64,000 bases of DNA from Leucoraja ocellata (Eukaryota), in assembly GCA_036785375.1 (NCBI GenBank), contig JAWMAR010000201.1, positions 992,001 through 1,056,000 of the forward strand, in the 5' to 3' direction. The position numbers and the translations under genes are program-made. This document shows, piece by piece, positions 23,001 through 38,000 of this stretch (position 1 is its first letter; each line of letters begins with the position of its first letter). Below the pieces are notes generated by a model, which made no database searches, was not told the DNA's origin, and saw only the letters and a list, made by a program, of their open reading frames with translations.

Positions 23001-26000
23001 TTCAGTCTGAAGCACTAGAAACAGTATTAAGGAAACACCTATAAGGAGCCTACTCTCAGTGACTACTGACATTGCCTTCTGCAACAAAACTCATAGTCTG
23101 CCAGATAGCATTATATTTAGTCCTCTTATATGCTTCTGAAACATGAACTATCTTCACTGGGCATCTTAAAGTCCTTGCAAGATGCCAACTGTATCCGCAA
23201 AATCTTTTAAATTTACTGAAATTATAAGAGAACCAAGATTCCTATCCTTTCTAGGTCAAGATACACATCAATTAACAGCTATTTATAGTGTCAGGTCTAT
23301 TGCGTTGGCTCGGTACTAATCCAGTCCGAAATCGAAACTCTTGTCCCCTCTTTTGTGGACAGAGGAAAAGATTCCTGATTGTGCTCAAACCTTCCTTGAG
23401 AAAATACAACACCCGTGTTTATCTGGGATGGGACATGGCTTCTGAAAATGGAGAAAGAACAATCAGTAAGATGTTGTAAACCTTTGAGGCCCTGCATTGG
23501 GAGCTCACAGGTCGGAGTAGATGTGGAAGGATGATGCAGCATGATCAATCTCAATTCATACAACTTTAATGCAAACAATTCGTACTTGATCGATTCAAGA
23601 ATAGCGAGAAAGATGAAAACAGTGCTTGATGCAGCAACAAAATTCAGGTGCTTGTGAGGCGTACTGTGTCTGATGAATACCTTGGTGATGTGATGGGTGT
23701 TTTGATAGAATGTTCCCGAGGGAGTGTTGAGCCATACTTACGTGCCTGGTCGAATCAAAAAAAAAAACAACTCGCTTTTTCCCCATGAATGACACACAGT
23801 ATATGAGTTGCACTGATCGCATAAGAAAATATATTGTGAGCAGTAACTGGTACAGATATAGACTCACATTGCTCTATTAAACATTGGTGCAATTTGGTTT
23901 GAACACAGAATAGCTCCAGATGCATTTCCCACAGATACTAATTGAGTCAGAGGAGCGGAAATGGGTGGTAGATAGGATAAGACAAGTTTGATGTACCATA
24001 CTCCTACTCACCCTATGCAATTGATTAACCAGACGCTACCATTCTGGAACACAATTCTATTAATACTATTAATAAGGAATCATACCGCCAAGATCATCAA
24101 AGATTTTGTGACTTCCTCTCCCATAATATCAGAAAGATTTTCTCTTGGTGTATTAGAAATGATGAAACTTGTTAACAGTGTCAGCGGTACCAGGAATGCC
24201 GAAGAACTGAAGAATATACGCTTGATCCAGGCTGCCCTGTTCTTTGAATTCTGTTCGCTGAAATGAAACACAGAATTACTATCCTGAGCAGCCAGCAGAA
24301 CATAGCTTCCAAAAACCCATTCACATCACCATCTATGTCAAAGGTTGGGCACGAATCGAGACCAAATCTAAGTTATTGAGTTGAGAGGTAGCTCGTTTAC
24401 AATAAGATACTTAAGGTTTACCTAAACTCAGAATTCTGGGGAACAATAGTTGACGCAGATTTGACGATCGGCACACAACAAATGTTCCATTTGAGTATGT
24501 TTTTGATTGGCAATTGGGTACCGAATGATTTTCTTTTACACCATCACACCATCGGAAAGATTGCTCAGTTATGGACATTTATGACACTTGAATCTTAAAA
24601 TAGGTTTGCGCACATCTTGGCTGGCTTTACTCCCGGTCGCTTTATTGGATGCAACGATTAATTTGATCATATATTTATATGTGCCATCTTCCCAAGCTCT
24701 GCTCGATTGTTCATTTAAACCATTTAATTCCCCCTTTACATGCCCTTCAACGTTTTGTTTAATATTATAATTCATAATAATATTTAACTCAACTATTTCT
24801 GCCTATTATATACGTCTCGCATTAAAGGCGGATGTTCCTCAGCCGACACTATAAAAAATGTTAAATAACCTAATAGCTATCCATTATGTGCCCTGGATAA
24901 TTAATCTAGTTGTTTTGTGCAATTCTATTCCGAAGTGGCATAACATTAAATGCAATAACGATTTAGCACAGTTTAAGATGACATTTTCTTGTACCACATT
25001 CATTTTCCCGTATAAATTGTGCTCAGGTTTTTCATGCTGCTCTTTAAATTTCAATAAAAATAGAATTACATTGAATTTAGAAAATTTAATCAAATTAAGA
25101 TTTTTTCAGTAAAGTTCAAAACATGTGATCTTTAAAATAGTTTTTAATCTATTATTAAATTTTGTATTTTACTACAAGGAATACTTATTCTGACATAGAA
25201 TGAGGCCACTTGGCTCACTAATTATAAGCCAGCTTCCAATGGAGCAATCCCGGCAGCCTGATTTCCCTTTTACTTATTTCTCCTTACCAAAGCAAAGGAT
25301 AATTTTCAGCAATCAATTCGACATCGAGCATTTTGTATATACCTGTAGGGGACAAACAGAACCTTTGGCGAGTATCGGCGATGTAACGCGAAAGTGTGCA
25401 TCTACGTACACTAGCACTCAGAGCCAAAGTCGAACCTGGATCCCCGAAGCTGCGAGGCAGCAATACACAATGTTTCGACGCTGTCTACCCCAGACTTGAG
25501 GGCAAAATTATCCTAAAATAAACATATGTTGACCGCACTATGTACTTCTGGATTTCGTACAGATTCACCTCTTTCTCAAATTCGTGACATTCTATAAAAG
25601 GCAGCAGTAATTTTACCAAAGGCATTTGCATTTCTTTAAATTTGTCCAACTAAATTCAGTTGAATCGTGGCGTATAACATTAAATTCAACGGCTGCATTG
25701 GAATCACAATATTGCCATCAGAGCTTAAACTTATACCCCTGTCTGCCTGTCTCCCTTCCAGTCTCTGTCTCTCTCTGCGTCTGTCGCTCTCTCTTTGCCA
25801 GTCTGTCTGCCTGTCTCTTTGCCTGCATCTCTTTCTCCCTCCCTCACTGTTTTTCTGTGTTTCCCTGTCTCGCCATCTCTCTCATTTTCTTTGTCTCCTC
25901 TGAATATCAGCAACAAATACATAGGCTAAATGGAGGAAATGTAACATGGCCATCGCTAAAACGGACTCCAGTATGTAGAATAACGGGGCACTGAATTTGT

Positions 26001-29000
26001 TACTTGATAAAGAAATCTTGCTCACGGTATAAAATCGCCTGATATGCAGATAGTTTGGGAAAGAGGCATCAAGATTCAAGGGCAAGGCAAGTTCTGGCTG
26101 GAGAAACGACCGAAGAGCAAGATGTTTTAGAAACTATTGTTGTGAAAACCTGGAGGATGTTTATACATACGAATAAGTCCAGAAGGGAGGATTTTAAAAA
26201 AGAAAAATAATTTGCCATTTTTTTAATGTTGAAAAGTCAGGATATGATTGTGAATATATAGAATTTAGTGTGAATAACCCTATGTAAGATGTTTAAGAAG
26301 GAACTGCAGATGCTGGAAAATCGAGGGTACACAAAAAAGCTGGAGAAACTCAGCGGGTGCAGCAGCAGCATCTATGGAGCAAAGGAAATAGGCAACGTTT
26401 CGGGCCGAAACCCTTCTTCAGACTGATCGGGGGTGGGGGGAGGGGGGGAAGGGGGGGGGGCGGGGACAAGAAAGGAAAAAGGAGGAGGAACCCGAAGGCT
26501 GGGGGATGGGAGGAGACAGCAGACACCTATGTAAGGTGGATGGGAGGCCATCAGAAGTACATTTGAATAATGGAGTCCAATCTGAATATTAGTGTCGTAA
26601 ACCGATGTTGCGAAACAAATGGTTGGTAGTTGAAAAAAAAAGATGTTGGGCCAGTCTGTACTTGAAGTATGTTCCCAATACAGAACACCATTCTGACCAA
26701 TAATCAAATGCGCTGGGTACTTCGATCGGATCCAGTTCCTGCGTAACGTACAAATTCTTTAATTTCAACATTCACTGTTGGATAATATGTTTCTTCCCAC
26801 TCATTTGGCCATTCTATGTTGCGATCTGTGGCATTCGAGTAACTGCTAATGGTCACCATTGCCTGTTCTGTCTAGCTGCTGAACTTCCAATGGATCAAAT
26901 CGAAATGAGATGTTGGCTGAAATAAGGATGTTCAATTTTTGCAGCTAAATATTCATAATATCCAGCTCGGTTGCTTTGTCCATTTCTTCAGATTTATTCC
27001 TTTGCATAATACTGGCAATGTGATTAATTTCCAATGTTATTCATCCGTTTCACTGCACCAGTCCTGCACACCGTGCGCAGTGGCATTTTACCTGCTCTCC
27101 TTGAGCTGCTGCTGTGCTGTGTTGATAATTTGTCCGCAGTCCTTCTCGAGCTGGTCCAACGTGTTCTGAACTGTTCGGTTTATTGTTTTTTCTATGGTTG
27201 CACACACCTCTTGGATCTGATTCACACAACGCGATGGCTGTCATTCCAAAAACATAAAAAGGCATGAGAACTGATGTATTACTGTACAGAAACACAAAAT
27301 GCTGTAAATATATCCGTATACATATGGATGACTCAAGTGAACCTTTCCGATATCTCTCGTCTCTAGCTTATTGAACTGAGAACCCGAGATTGTTTCTTGC
27401 ATTTGGGAGTGCAAAAATAGAATGACAGCACAAGAAGTGGAATTAGAAATACTTGCAAATGATGTACGAACTAATATCTTTATAAATTGCCATAGACATT
27501 TGAAATTGATGTAACGTCAAAGAGCCCTTGAATGAGTTTTGTCTTTCGCCACAGATAGACACAAATTGCTGGAGTAGATTAGCGGTTGCAGCAACGTCGC
27601 TGGAAAAAATGGATAGGTGGTGTTTCTGATCCATCCGTTCTTCAGTCGGATTGCAGTAGCAGGAGCGGAACAAACAAACTCGAAGCAAAAAAAGGCAGGA
27701 CAAAACACAGGCAACAGGTGAGCTCAGCAAGGTAGTTCCCTGTTAAGCAGATTGTTGGACAAAGGTTAGATATAGAAATAGGAGAAATATGAGAGTGCCT
27801 AAAAGGGATATACTGCAGTTGTGAATTGTGAAGCTGGTTAATGGGGTTGTGGTATTTTTTAAATAAACAAGGAGCATGTGGCTAAATTGTAAAATCTCCC
27901 AGTCAATGAGCTTGCTGCCCCCCACTGGTTTCAGTGCATTTTGCTGTCATAAGAGCAACATAAGGCATCCACCCAAACCAATCATAATGTAAGGAAATCA
28001 GTTCAATGTACAAATTCCATAGACTTTTATATGATGAAAAAACGTGCTAACATTCCGCCATTGCATTAAATTAAGAAATTGATTGCAAATCAAACAATAA
28101 AAGCACCATCAGTCTTAAAGCCAATCTAGCCCATTCCTTACTGTTATTTGCCCAGGAGATCGATAGTATTCATTTGTCGTGCTTGCACTTTGGACTATAT
28201 ATGTATACAGCATGGGGATCGTTTCTACTGGATTCATATGTATTGGGTTAACATTAAAAATCCATTACCCTATCTAGGTCTGGGATGTAGATGGTTGGCA
28301 TATCAAAGCCGCATTTGTTCAACCCTGGTCGTTTGCACAGTTCTTGTACTATCTGCATCATTACTCTCTGGAAGAAGCAAAGGAAACACATAATACACCA
28401 TATAATTTGCCAGTTTTCGCAAAGTATAACAACTTATTAGGCAGTAAGTCCCATTGACCCGAGGCTATTGTTAACCTCCACAATCCCTCCTCACACAAAA
28501 TAAAGCACAATGAAACAATTGCATTTGAAATAAAGTCGCCCTTCCTGTTCCGCCAACCATAAGAAACTAACTACATGATCAGGGCTTGCCGTTTAGTTTA
28601 CACAATAACACAAAATTACTTTATAAATTAAGGAATTATTAAAGGAATGAATGTTGTCAACGTTATTGTCTGATTCAAATCATTTTAATTCATCTAATTC
28701 ATTGAATGGGCAGAATTGTCTTTATTTCAACTTGGGATCCAACATCAACATGTTCAAATAATGTTTCCGTATTAAATGGTACAGGATTGTCGCAAATCTA
28801 ATGGCTAGATTAAAGGCTAGAAATCTATTTTTATTTATATTACCCATATGCGATTTTCCTGAAGAAATACATCCAGGAGGTCGTATCTGGATCCTGTTCA
28901 TAAGTTCATAGTGTCATGTTATAGGGTTGGAATTAGATAATTCGACCCATTAAGCTTAGTCCATCATTTAATCATGGTTGATCTATCTTTTCTTCTCAAC

Positions 29001-32000
29001 CCAATTCACCTGGCCCGACACATGTAAAAATCAAGAATCTATCAATCTCCGCCTTTAAAATATCCATTGACCTGGCCTCCACAAACTTCTGTGGCAGTGA
29101 ATTCTACTTGATTCACCTTCCGCTGTCAAATGGAAATTATCTTTATCTCCTTTCCAAAGGTATGTCCTTTTATTCTGAGGCTATGGCCTCTGGTCCAGGA
29201 CTTTTCCATTAGTGGAAACATCCTCCCCACATCCACTCAATACACAACTTTCACTTTTCGATAAGTTTCAATGAGGACCCTTCACCCTGCCAAATAGCAG
29301 GCACAGGCTCAAATCCGTCAAATGCTCGTCATATGTTAACCCACTCATTCCTGGAATCATTCCCTACTCTGGACTCCCTACAAGGCCAGCAAATCCTTCC
29401 TCAGATATATGTTCAAAAACTGCTCAAAATACTAATGCGGTTTGACCATTGTTTTATAAAGTCTCAGTATTACATCCATGGTTTTATATTCTCATCCTCT
29501 CAAAATAAATGCTAGCATTGCATTTGGCTTCCTTAATACTACTTACAAATTAAGTTTTTTTGGGAATCCTGCAACAGCTCTCCTTTGCACCTCTAATTGC
29601 TGAATTCCTCCCCCATTTAGAAAAGAGTGCATGCCTTTATTACTACTACCAAAATGCATGACTCCACACTTTGCTATACTATACTCCATCTGCCACGAAA
29701 TTACGGAATTTCGCAGAGCGTGTTGTAAGATTTCCGACAGTACCTGTCTGTCAGTCTCAGGGCCTGCTTCATCAGCTTTGCTGAGGTAGAACTTTAGTTT
29801 ATCGCCCTGGTTCTCATTTAGCTTTTCCACAACGTTCAGGGTCCGTTTGCAGAGGGCCTGGCCCATTGGATCAAAGAAGACAAAGATTAAATCGACCTGT
29901 TCACCTGTGGGTCGAAAGCGAGACAACAGTCCGGTAATGCACCAGTTGCTGACTTGCACGCATTATTTAAGCATCCCCCTTCCTTAATCCCATTAATATT
30001 TCCCCTCCTCCAAGTACCTACAAAAATCACTCACCTGGTTTTGGTACTGTAAAACAACGTAGGGTTTGATTAAACCCAATGTTAGAGTCACAGAGTTGTA
30101 CATCATTCAAGCAACTCTGGCCCACCTCATCCAGTTGACCATCATGCGTATCTACACTACTCCCACTTAACTGCATTAGTTCGCTACCCTTCTATACGCA
30201 GTTCATTCCAGTACCTGGCCTGATGTTTCTTTAATTCAGTTCCTGTGCCGGACACACCACCATTTCATTTGATAGCTCATTTCATACACCAAGTAAATTT
30301 TGTGCAATGTATGCCTCAAACCCCTTTAGTATACTTCCACTTGCTTTAGTAATTTTTATATATAAGTAACTTTCTTACTTGAAAATAAATTTCTGGGCTC
30401 ACATCGGATGACAGGATTGCAACACATCTCCAGATCAATTATCCAAGACTCAGGATGTTAGACCAGTAAGTAAGCAACATAGTGTGATATCGTCTTTGCA
30501 ATATCAACATCCACCTCATTGAAAGATTTACTCTCTTACCCAGTTGGATAAGTGCTTTGTCAACATCGAACTCGTAAGTCATGTCACCATCCACGAGTCC
30601 TGGGGTATCGATAAAGATCACTAAGTTAAACATCTTCTGCTTGGAAACACTGATCTCAGTGGACAGGTAAACTTCCAACCCTGGAGAATAGATAGCGAAC
30701 AATGAACCGAATAAACAGGATATGTTATTCCATTGTTTTATGTAGTGTCAGGGAGGGGTGCTGTACATTTCATAAACGGATATAAAGTATTCTTTATATA
30801 ACAATATCCCTTCATGCCAATTATTTTCAGCAGTAAACATATTAATTGCATTGTCACGTAGAAGATACAAAAAAACAATGGCATTTCGAAAACACATATT
30901 GATCTGCGGAATGCCCATTTGCAACTTTTTTGTGATAGACCCTTTTCAGGTGTAAATTTTAAATTTAAATCATACTTATTGATCCCATATTGATATGTTT
31001 CCCTTGCAAAATTCCTGAGCCTTCTGTTATGAAAGGATATCCCTACGCACATCACAAAAAACAACTGACCCTCTGGAAGAAGTAAGCGTGCCAAGCACCA
31101 CCTGTGGACATAAATAGGGAGTCGACATTTCAAATTAAGATATTTCGTTCAGATGAAATCTCGACTGAAACGTCGATTACTGATCTCTCACCACAACTGA
31201 AGTCTGATCTGGTGAGATCCTCCAGCAATTAATTTTCCTTTGGTTCAGACACTAGCATATGAATTCTCATGCTTTCAGGTGCACAACATGTGGTACTTCC
31301 AACTTCCAGGCAATAATGCCGCTGTTACTTAAATTATTATCGACATGCTAATGAACTTAATTCTCAAGTGCTCCCATTACACAGACGGGTGTCCTACCCA
31401 GAAACAAAAATTGTTTTATGAAGGCCTCATTGTTCCTTTATGCAAATGTGCCCTTAGATATGTTATGTATGCATGAGCATACAGAGGAGGCAAAAATAGC
31501 AGAATAGAAGATGGTGGGAGAATTGTGTGCATGCCGGCATGTTGGTCTGCTATTGAAAGAAAGGGTGGCGGGGGTGGGGGGGGAGTGTGCCCTAGACCAA
31601 TTAAGCAGAATACCACATGCTGATTTTCTAGTTTGCAAGTGGCCTCACTCTGGCACTAGAGGAGACCTAGACAGAAATGACCATATGGGAATTGGGTGGA
31701 AAATGAAGTGGATAACAATTCTGCACCTGTTCCCATATCGGTACGCGCATCTCAAATCCCTCATTCCCTTATTATTACATAGAACATTACAACACAGGAA
31801 CAGGCTTTTCGGCCTACAATGTCTGTGCCGAAAATGATGCCAAGGTAAACTAATTTAATCTGCCTACATGATCCATATCCCTCCAATCCCGACACATCTA
31901 TATGTTCATCTAACACCTATCTGACTCCACCAGCACCCCCCAGCAGCATTCTCTATTTTTCTTGATATTGCACAGTCAATGCCTCTTAGCCATTTTTGCC

Positions 32001-35000
32001 TTGTTCCATGAAGTACTAATGTCACATCATTCTCCTTAAGGAGAATTGTAAGGATCGTTGCAGTAATTCCATGCAATGATTTTGTCCCTCAATCAGTTTA
32101 TCTTTTGCAACTTGTCCAATTTGAGTTTGCTTTCTTTTAACAATTGTTACCTAATGTGGGCCCACAATGGCTGTAATTTGATTAGAATGATGTGATGCAA
32201 GTGGAGAGATCTCCTCCACTGATATCTGCAATACAAAGATGGTGTGGATGTACCTCTAATCTGTTCCAGTGCTTGGAAATGCGGGTAGAGGTGTAGTGTA
32301 GCCTTGCCCTGTGAATGAATTAAACAAATTGATTAGAACCGTTTAAATTAACTGCCTCCCCGAGCCATGAATTAATTAAATCTTCGCATTGGACCAATAT
32401 TCCAATATTCATTAAAGCACCAATGTGCAATGATAAAATGCAAATGTAAATCACTGTTCGATGTAGTATTTACTCAACCGAATCAGTGATTTTTGGAGTA
32501 ACACTGCACAACATCACATGCTTTGCCCCCCCTTTACTCCTGCCAATTTTGTGCCCACCACTCGCAGTCCACTGTACTCCAAATTCCTGTCAACTCTCTC
32601 CAGCTCCTATCATTACACAAAGAACAATTTCATCCTGGCCAATTAACCAAAACACCGCGCAAACCACGTCAACGTGCAAGCCCCACACAGACCGCTTCGT
32701 AAGTAGTTGTGAGGAAATAGATCTATTGGTGGCGCCTCTGTGCTTCCCTCAGAGGATATTGTGAAGAAGGAAATATATCTGCAATAAATTAATCTGCGCC
32801 TAGTTTCAATCCATTGATCATCGATACTTACCGAATGATTACCGAATAGTGAAAGGCTTGGAATGAGTGAATGTGAAGAGGATGTTTCCACTAATTGGAG
32901 TCTATCACTGGAGGATACAGCATAAGAATTAAATTTCTTTAGTTAGAGGGTGGTGAATCTGTGTAATTAATTGTCACAGAAAGCAGTGGAGGCCAAATCA
33001 ATGGATATTTTTAAAGCAAAAATAGATAAATTCTTGATTATTTCGAGTGTCAACAGTTATGGGGAGAAGTAAGGAGAATAGGGTTAGGAGGGAGAGATAG
33101 ATCAGCCATGATTGAATGGCAAAGTAGACTTGATGGCCCAAATGGCCTAATTCTGTTCCTATCACATAACCTTATGACCTATGATGTTATGACGTACTGC
33201 CAAATCCACGAGTGTCAATGGCGGGCGAAAAACTTCCATAGTTTGGGTCACCATTCTCAGAATTAACCTTTGCTCATATCTTAGACTTTACGGTTTCAAC
33301 AGGATGCGAGTGGAATTTGCAGTTCTTCATCAATTTAGATGTAGTGCAAGATAGAACCTCGAATGCAGTCCGTGGAATTATTTACCGTGAGTGATTCCCT
33401 TTTCTTGCCGCTGGTGATAAAAGTGAACCCTTGTGTTTCTGTGGCAACACCTGTTTTCTGTATGTGTTCTTCAATGTACCTGCAAAATGATGAGAAGAGT
33501 TTTGTGAAACTCATGGAGTCATAGAGCTATATAGCATTGAAACAGTCACCATAGGCAGAACTTGGCCATGCCGATCATTTGCCTGCAATTGGCCATATCT
33601 CGGGACATTTCCTATCCATGTACCTGTACAAATAACATTAGTAAAGTTCAATATTAATCCCTACTCTTTTTTTCCTGTCTGGCAACCAATTTTCTATCCA
33701 TGTCAGCAATCTACCCCCAATACCATGTGCCCTAATTTTGCCAGCTTCTGTCGCTCCCCAGAATGAACTGCCACTTCCTGTGCCATCGCATCTTTATTGG
33801 AGCTGAGGATGGCCGGCGGAGATCTCCAACCGGACACAATTTCCGGAGAGACCGGAAGTGGAGATATCGGGGATGTCGGAGAAGTCGCCGGTCGCCAAAC
33901 GGAGACTTTGATCCCGGTGGAGGAGAATGACCAGTGACCAGTGCCCGTTGTGAGTCCCCATCGCACCGCCAGCTCCAGGCCCTTCCCCTCTGGTCCCCCT
34001 CACTGGCTCCTACCCCCCTTCCCATGACACCCCCCTCTCCCCCATGGCTCTTCCCCCATCTTTTCTCCGAGCTCTCTCTCCCCTCCCCCTCCTGCCCACT
34101 TACCCCTCTCCCCCCACAACCCCCCCGCCCACACACACCCCACAATCCCGCCACCATGCCCCCACACTCCTCCCCCCAACAACCCCCCATGCACCCACAC
34201 CCTTACCCTCCCACCCCACACTCACCCCCACAACCCACCCCGTGCCCACACACACCCCTCTCCTCCCACAACTGCCCCCGCCCCCACAAGCCCCCCCCCG
34301 CTCCCACAACCCCCCCATCCACACACAAAAATCCTAGAGGAGCAAGGTAGACCACTCCTTCGAAATCCAATGGACTGGCGTGTAGTACGTGACGGAACGT
34401 CACGGCCGCCATTTTTCAATGCGACATGCGACTTCCGGTATGCCACCCGCTGTGATCCAAAGCAAAGATTATAGAGCTCCGCTATAATCTTTGATCCAAA
34501 GCAAAGATCCTCGAGTATCTTGTAGCGGGAACAGCCCCCTCCTTTGCGTAGTTTCCCTTGCATTGTATTGCTTTAACACACACTGCACAAAATTAAATTT
34601 AACGTATACATATTTTATATATTTATATGAATGTGTGTCTGTGTGTGAGAGGCAAGTTAGAGATAATTAAGTTTATTCTCATGGATCTGAAGCAACTTTG
34701 ATTTAAATAATCACTATTAATTTATTTGTCTTGTAAGATGATATACATAAACCATAAAGGCAATTATATATATAATTATATAGTAATAATATATATATAT
34801 GCATATATACACATACATACATACATACATATACACATACATATGCACACATACAATTACACGCATACATATGGATACNNNNNNNNNNNNNNNNNNNNNN
34901 NNNNNNNNNNNNNNNNNNNNNNNNNNNNNNNNNNNNNNNNNNNNNNNNNNNNNNNNNNNNNNNNNNNNNNNNNNNNNNNNNNNNNNNNNNNNNNNNNNNN

Positions 35001-38000
35001 NNNNNNNNNNNNNNNNNNNNNNNNNGTAGAGGAACTCAGCTATTTACAATATATATTAATGATCTGGATGAGGGAATTGAAGGCAATATCTCCAAGTTTG
35101 CGGATGACACTAAGCTGGGGGGCAGTGTTAGCTGTGAGGAGGATGCTAGGAGACTGCAAGGTGACTTGGATAGGCTGGGTGAGTGGGCAAATGTTTGGCA
35201 GATGCAGTATAATGTGGATAAATGTGAGGTTATCCATTTTGGTGGCAAAAACAGGAAAGCAGACTATTATCTAAATGGTGGCCGACTAGGAAAAGGGGAG
35301 ATGCTGCGAGACCTGGGTGTCATGGTGCACCAGTCATTGAAAGTAGGCATGCAGGTGCAGCAGGCAGTGAAGAAAGCGAACGGTATGTTAGCTTTCATAG
35401 CAAAAGGATTTGAGTATAGGAGCAGGGAGGTTCTACTGCAGTTGTACAGGGTCTTGGTGAGACCACACCTGGAGTATTGCGTACAGTTTTGGTCTCCAAA
35501 TCTGAGGAAGGACATTATTGCCATAGAGGGAGTGCAGAGAAGGTTCACCAGACTGATTCCTGGGATGTCAGGACTGTCTTATGAAGAAAGAGTGGATAGA
35601 CTTGGTTTATACTCTCTAGAATTTAGGAGATTGAGAGGGGATCTTATAGAAACTTACAAAATTCTTAAGGGGTTGGACAGGCTAGATGCAGGAAGATTGC
35701 TCCCGATGTTGGGGAAGTCCAGGACAAGGGGGTCACAGCTTAAGGATAAGGGGGAAATCCTTTAAAACCGAGATGAGAAGAACCTTTTTCACACAGAGAG
35801 TGGTGAATCTCTGGAACTCTCTGCCGCAGAGGGTAGTCGAGGCCAGTTCATTGGCTATATTTAAGAGGGAGTTAGATGTGGCCCTTGTGGCTAAGAGGAT
35901 CAGAGGGTATGGAGAGAAGGCAGGTACGGGATACTGAGTTGGATGATCAGCCATGATCATATTGAATGGCGGTGCAGGTTCGAAGGGCCGAATGGCCTAC
36001 TCCTGCACCTAATTTCTATGTTTCTATGTTTCTATTACTTTCCAACGATCAATAGATTTACGATCAATACCTGTGGATTGGAGGAAAGCTAATGCTATCC
36101 CACTTTTCAAGAAAGGAGCGAGAGAGAAAACGGGGAATTACAGACCAGTTAGCCTGACTTTGGTGGTGTAAAAGATGCTGGAGTCAATTATTAAAGATGT
36201 AATAATGGGGCATTTGGATAGCAGTAAAAGGATTAGTCCAAGTCAACATGGATTTATGATTTTACAATGCATTTAAGCCTCTCCCATTTTTATGAGATGC
36301 ATTCCTGGAATATGTAGGAAGTTTATTGTAACCTAGTGCTACTTGCCTGAACAATGGATGATATATCACTTAAATGCAATTGTTTTCAGTTGTGTGGAGA
36401 GACCTGTATATTGAAAATGCGTTTTGCCTCTAATATGTCAATTTACCTTAAATGTAGAAGAGCTTATTAAAATCTTCTTACAAAGACCATTAAGTTTTTT
36501 CTTTCTATCCTCTTTTGGACCCAAGGCATAGCAGAGCTGCCAACTCTCACGAATAGGTAAGGGAGGGAGAGATGGAAGGGAGGGAGAGAGGGAAGGGAGG
36601 GAGATCGCGAAGAGAGGGGGAGAGAGAGAGAGAGATCGAGAGAAGAGAGGGGAGCGAGAGATCGAGAGGAGGGGAGAGAGAGATCGAGAGAAGAGAGGGA
36701 GAAGGGGGGAGAGGGAGAAGGGGGCGAGGGAGAAGGGGAAGGGGGGGACAGGGGGAAGGGGGGAGGGAGAAGGGGGACAGGGAGAAGGGGGAGAGGGAGA
36801 GGGAGAAGGGGGAGAGGGAGAAGGGGGACAGGGAGAAGGGGGACAGGGAGAAGGGGGACAGGGAGAGTAGAACGATAGCACATTATAACGCGCAGCCGTC
36901 CCATTCCGACCAAAGATTATAGAGCAGAGCTCCACTAGTATCTTGGATTGCGGCCGCCGCCACCGAACCCCCCGGCCACCATTGCACCCAAAGATGATAG
37001 AGCAGAGTTATATAATATTTGATTGCACCCTTCTTCACGGCGGGCTTGTGATCTTTGCTTGTGATGTCTTGACAATTCGAGGAATATAATGGGTAACAGC
37101 CGCCCATTCTCGGACTTGAATCTGAGCTCGAAAAATCTCCTGGTCACTGGACCTGATGTGTCCACGGGCCATATTGTGGAGACCAATCCCTTACAAGATC
37201 AAAACCCAAAACGTACAGAAGTGTTAAAATTGTCTTTATTATTGTGGTAAGTAAAGATCTATTAAAAATAAGTCTAATAACTTTCTAATGTACCGACAAA
37301 CCCAGTTTCCTAATGGCCGTTGATGGGAGAACAGAAAATAACATTTTCACGACAGAATATCGACTGAAAATAATAAATATATTTTCTCACCTTTCTTTTT
37401 TATTGGGGAACCTAAAGAATGACAGGTCGGGTCGTTTAGATTTACGATTAGAATAATTGATAGCAGAGCAGTAAGATGAAATTTAGATAAGGACGCCATG
37501 ACACTGTGGGGGAAGCCCAATAAATGCCTCGAAAAATGGCGTCGACGATCACACACGTCATACTACGCGTTTTTCGAGGAGTGGTCTATCTTGCTCCTCT
37601 AGGATCTTTGCTCCCCTCCCCCCACAAACTACCCACCAACCACCAAACCTCTCCCCTCCCACAACCCCCCTTCCCCCCCCACAACCTCCCACCCCACAAC
37701 CCCCCTTCCTTCCCACACCACCAAAACCCCCCAACCCACAACCCCTCCCCCCCCCCACCGCCCAAACACCCTGCAGTAATTTTCCAGCGAAGATTTACGA
37801 GGATGTTGCAAGGATTAGATGGTCTGAGCTATAGGCAGAGGTTGAGTAGGCTGGGACTATTCCTTGGTGCGCAGGAGGACGAGGGGTGATCTTCAGTAGT
37901 TCAATAGTCCTTTATTGTCATGTGTTTCTTGAGGTACAGTTAAATTTGAGTCATACAAAAAAGAATCAACAAAATACAAAATTACATAAAGATTAAACAT

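Larger units (their letters stand above)
34326..37610. mobile_element. Block bounded by ~38-bp inverted termini (CAAAGATCCTAGAGGAGCAAGATAGACCACTCC), hAT-like, with nested insertions
   Basis: 34326-34365 vs reverse complement of 37572-37610; contains a mini-element, a gap, CR1 and a GA-rich repeat. Confidence 0.5.

Noticed and set aside
22989-23078. Hydrophobic mini-ORF KAMSVVTESRLLIGVSLILFLVLQTELIT* after an AG
   Set aside because: Ends in a stop; the exon at 22510-22622 has a better acceptor and keeps the frame through exons 11-12.
26945-27011. Possible alternative terminal exon giving a soluble NTPase isoform
   Set aside because: Weak polypyrimidine tract; the surrounding sequence looks like a decayed L1-type remnant.
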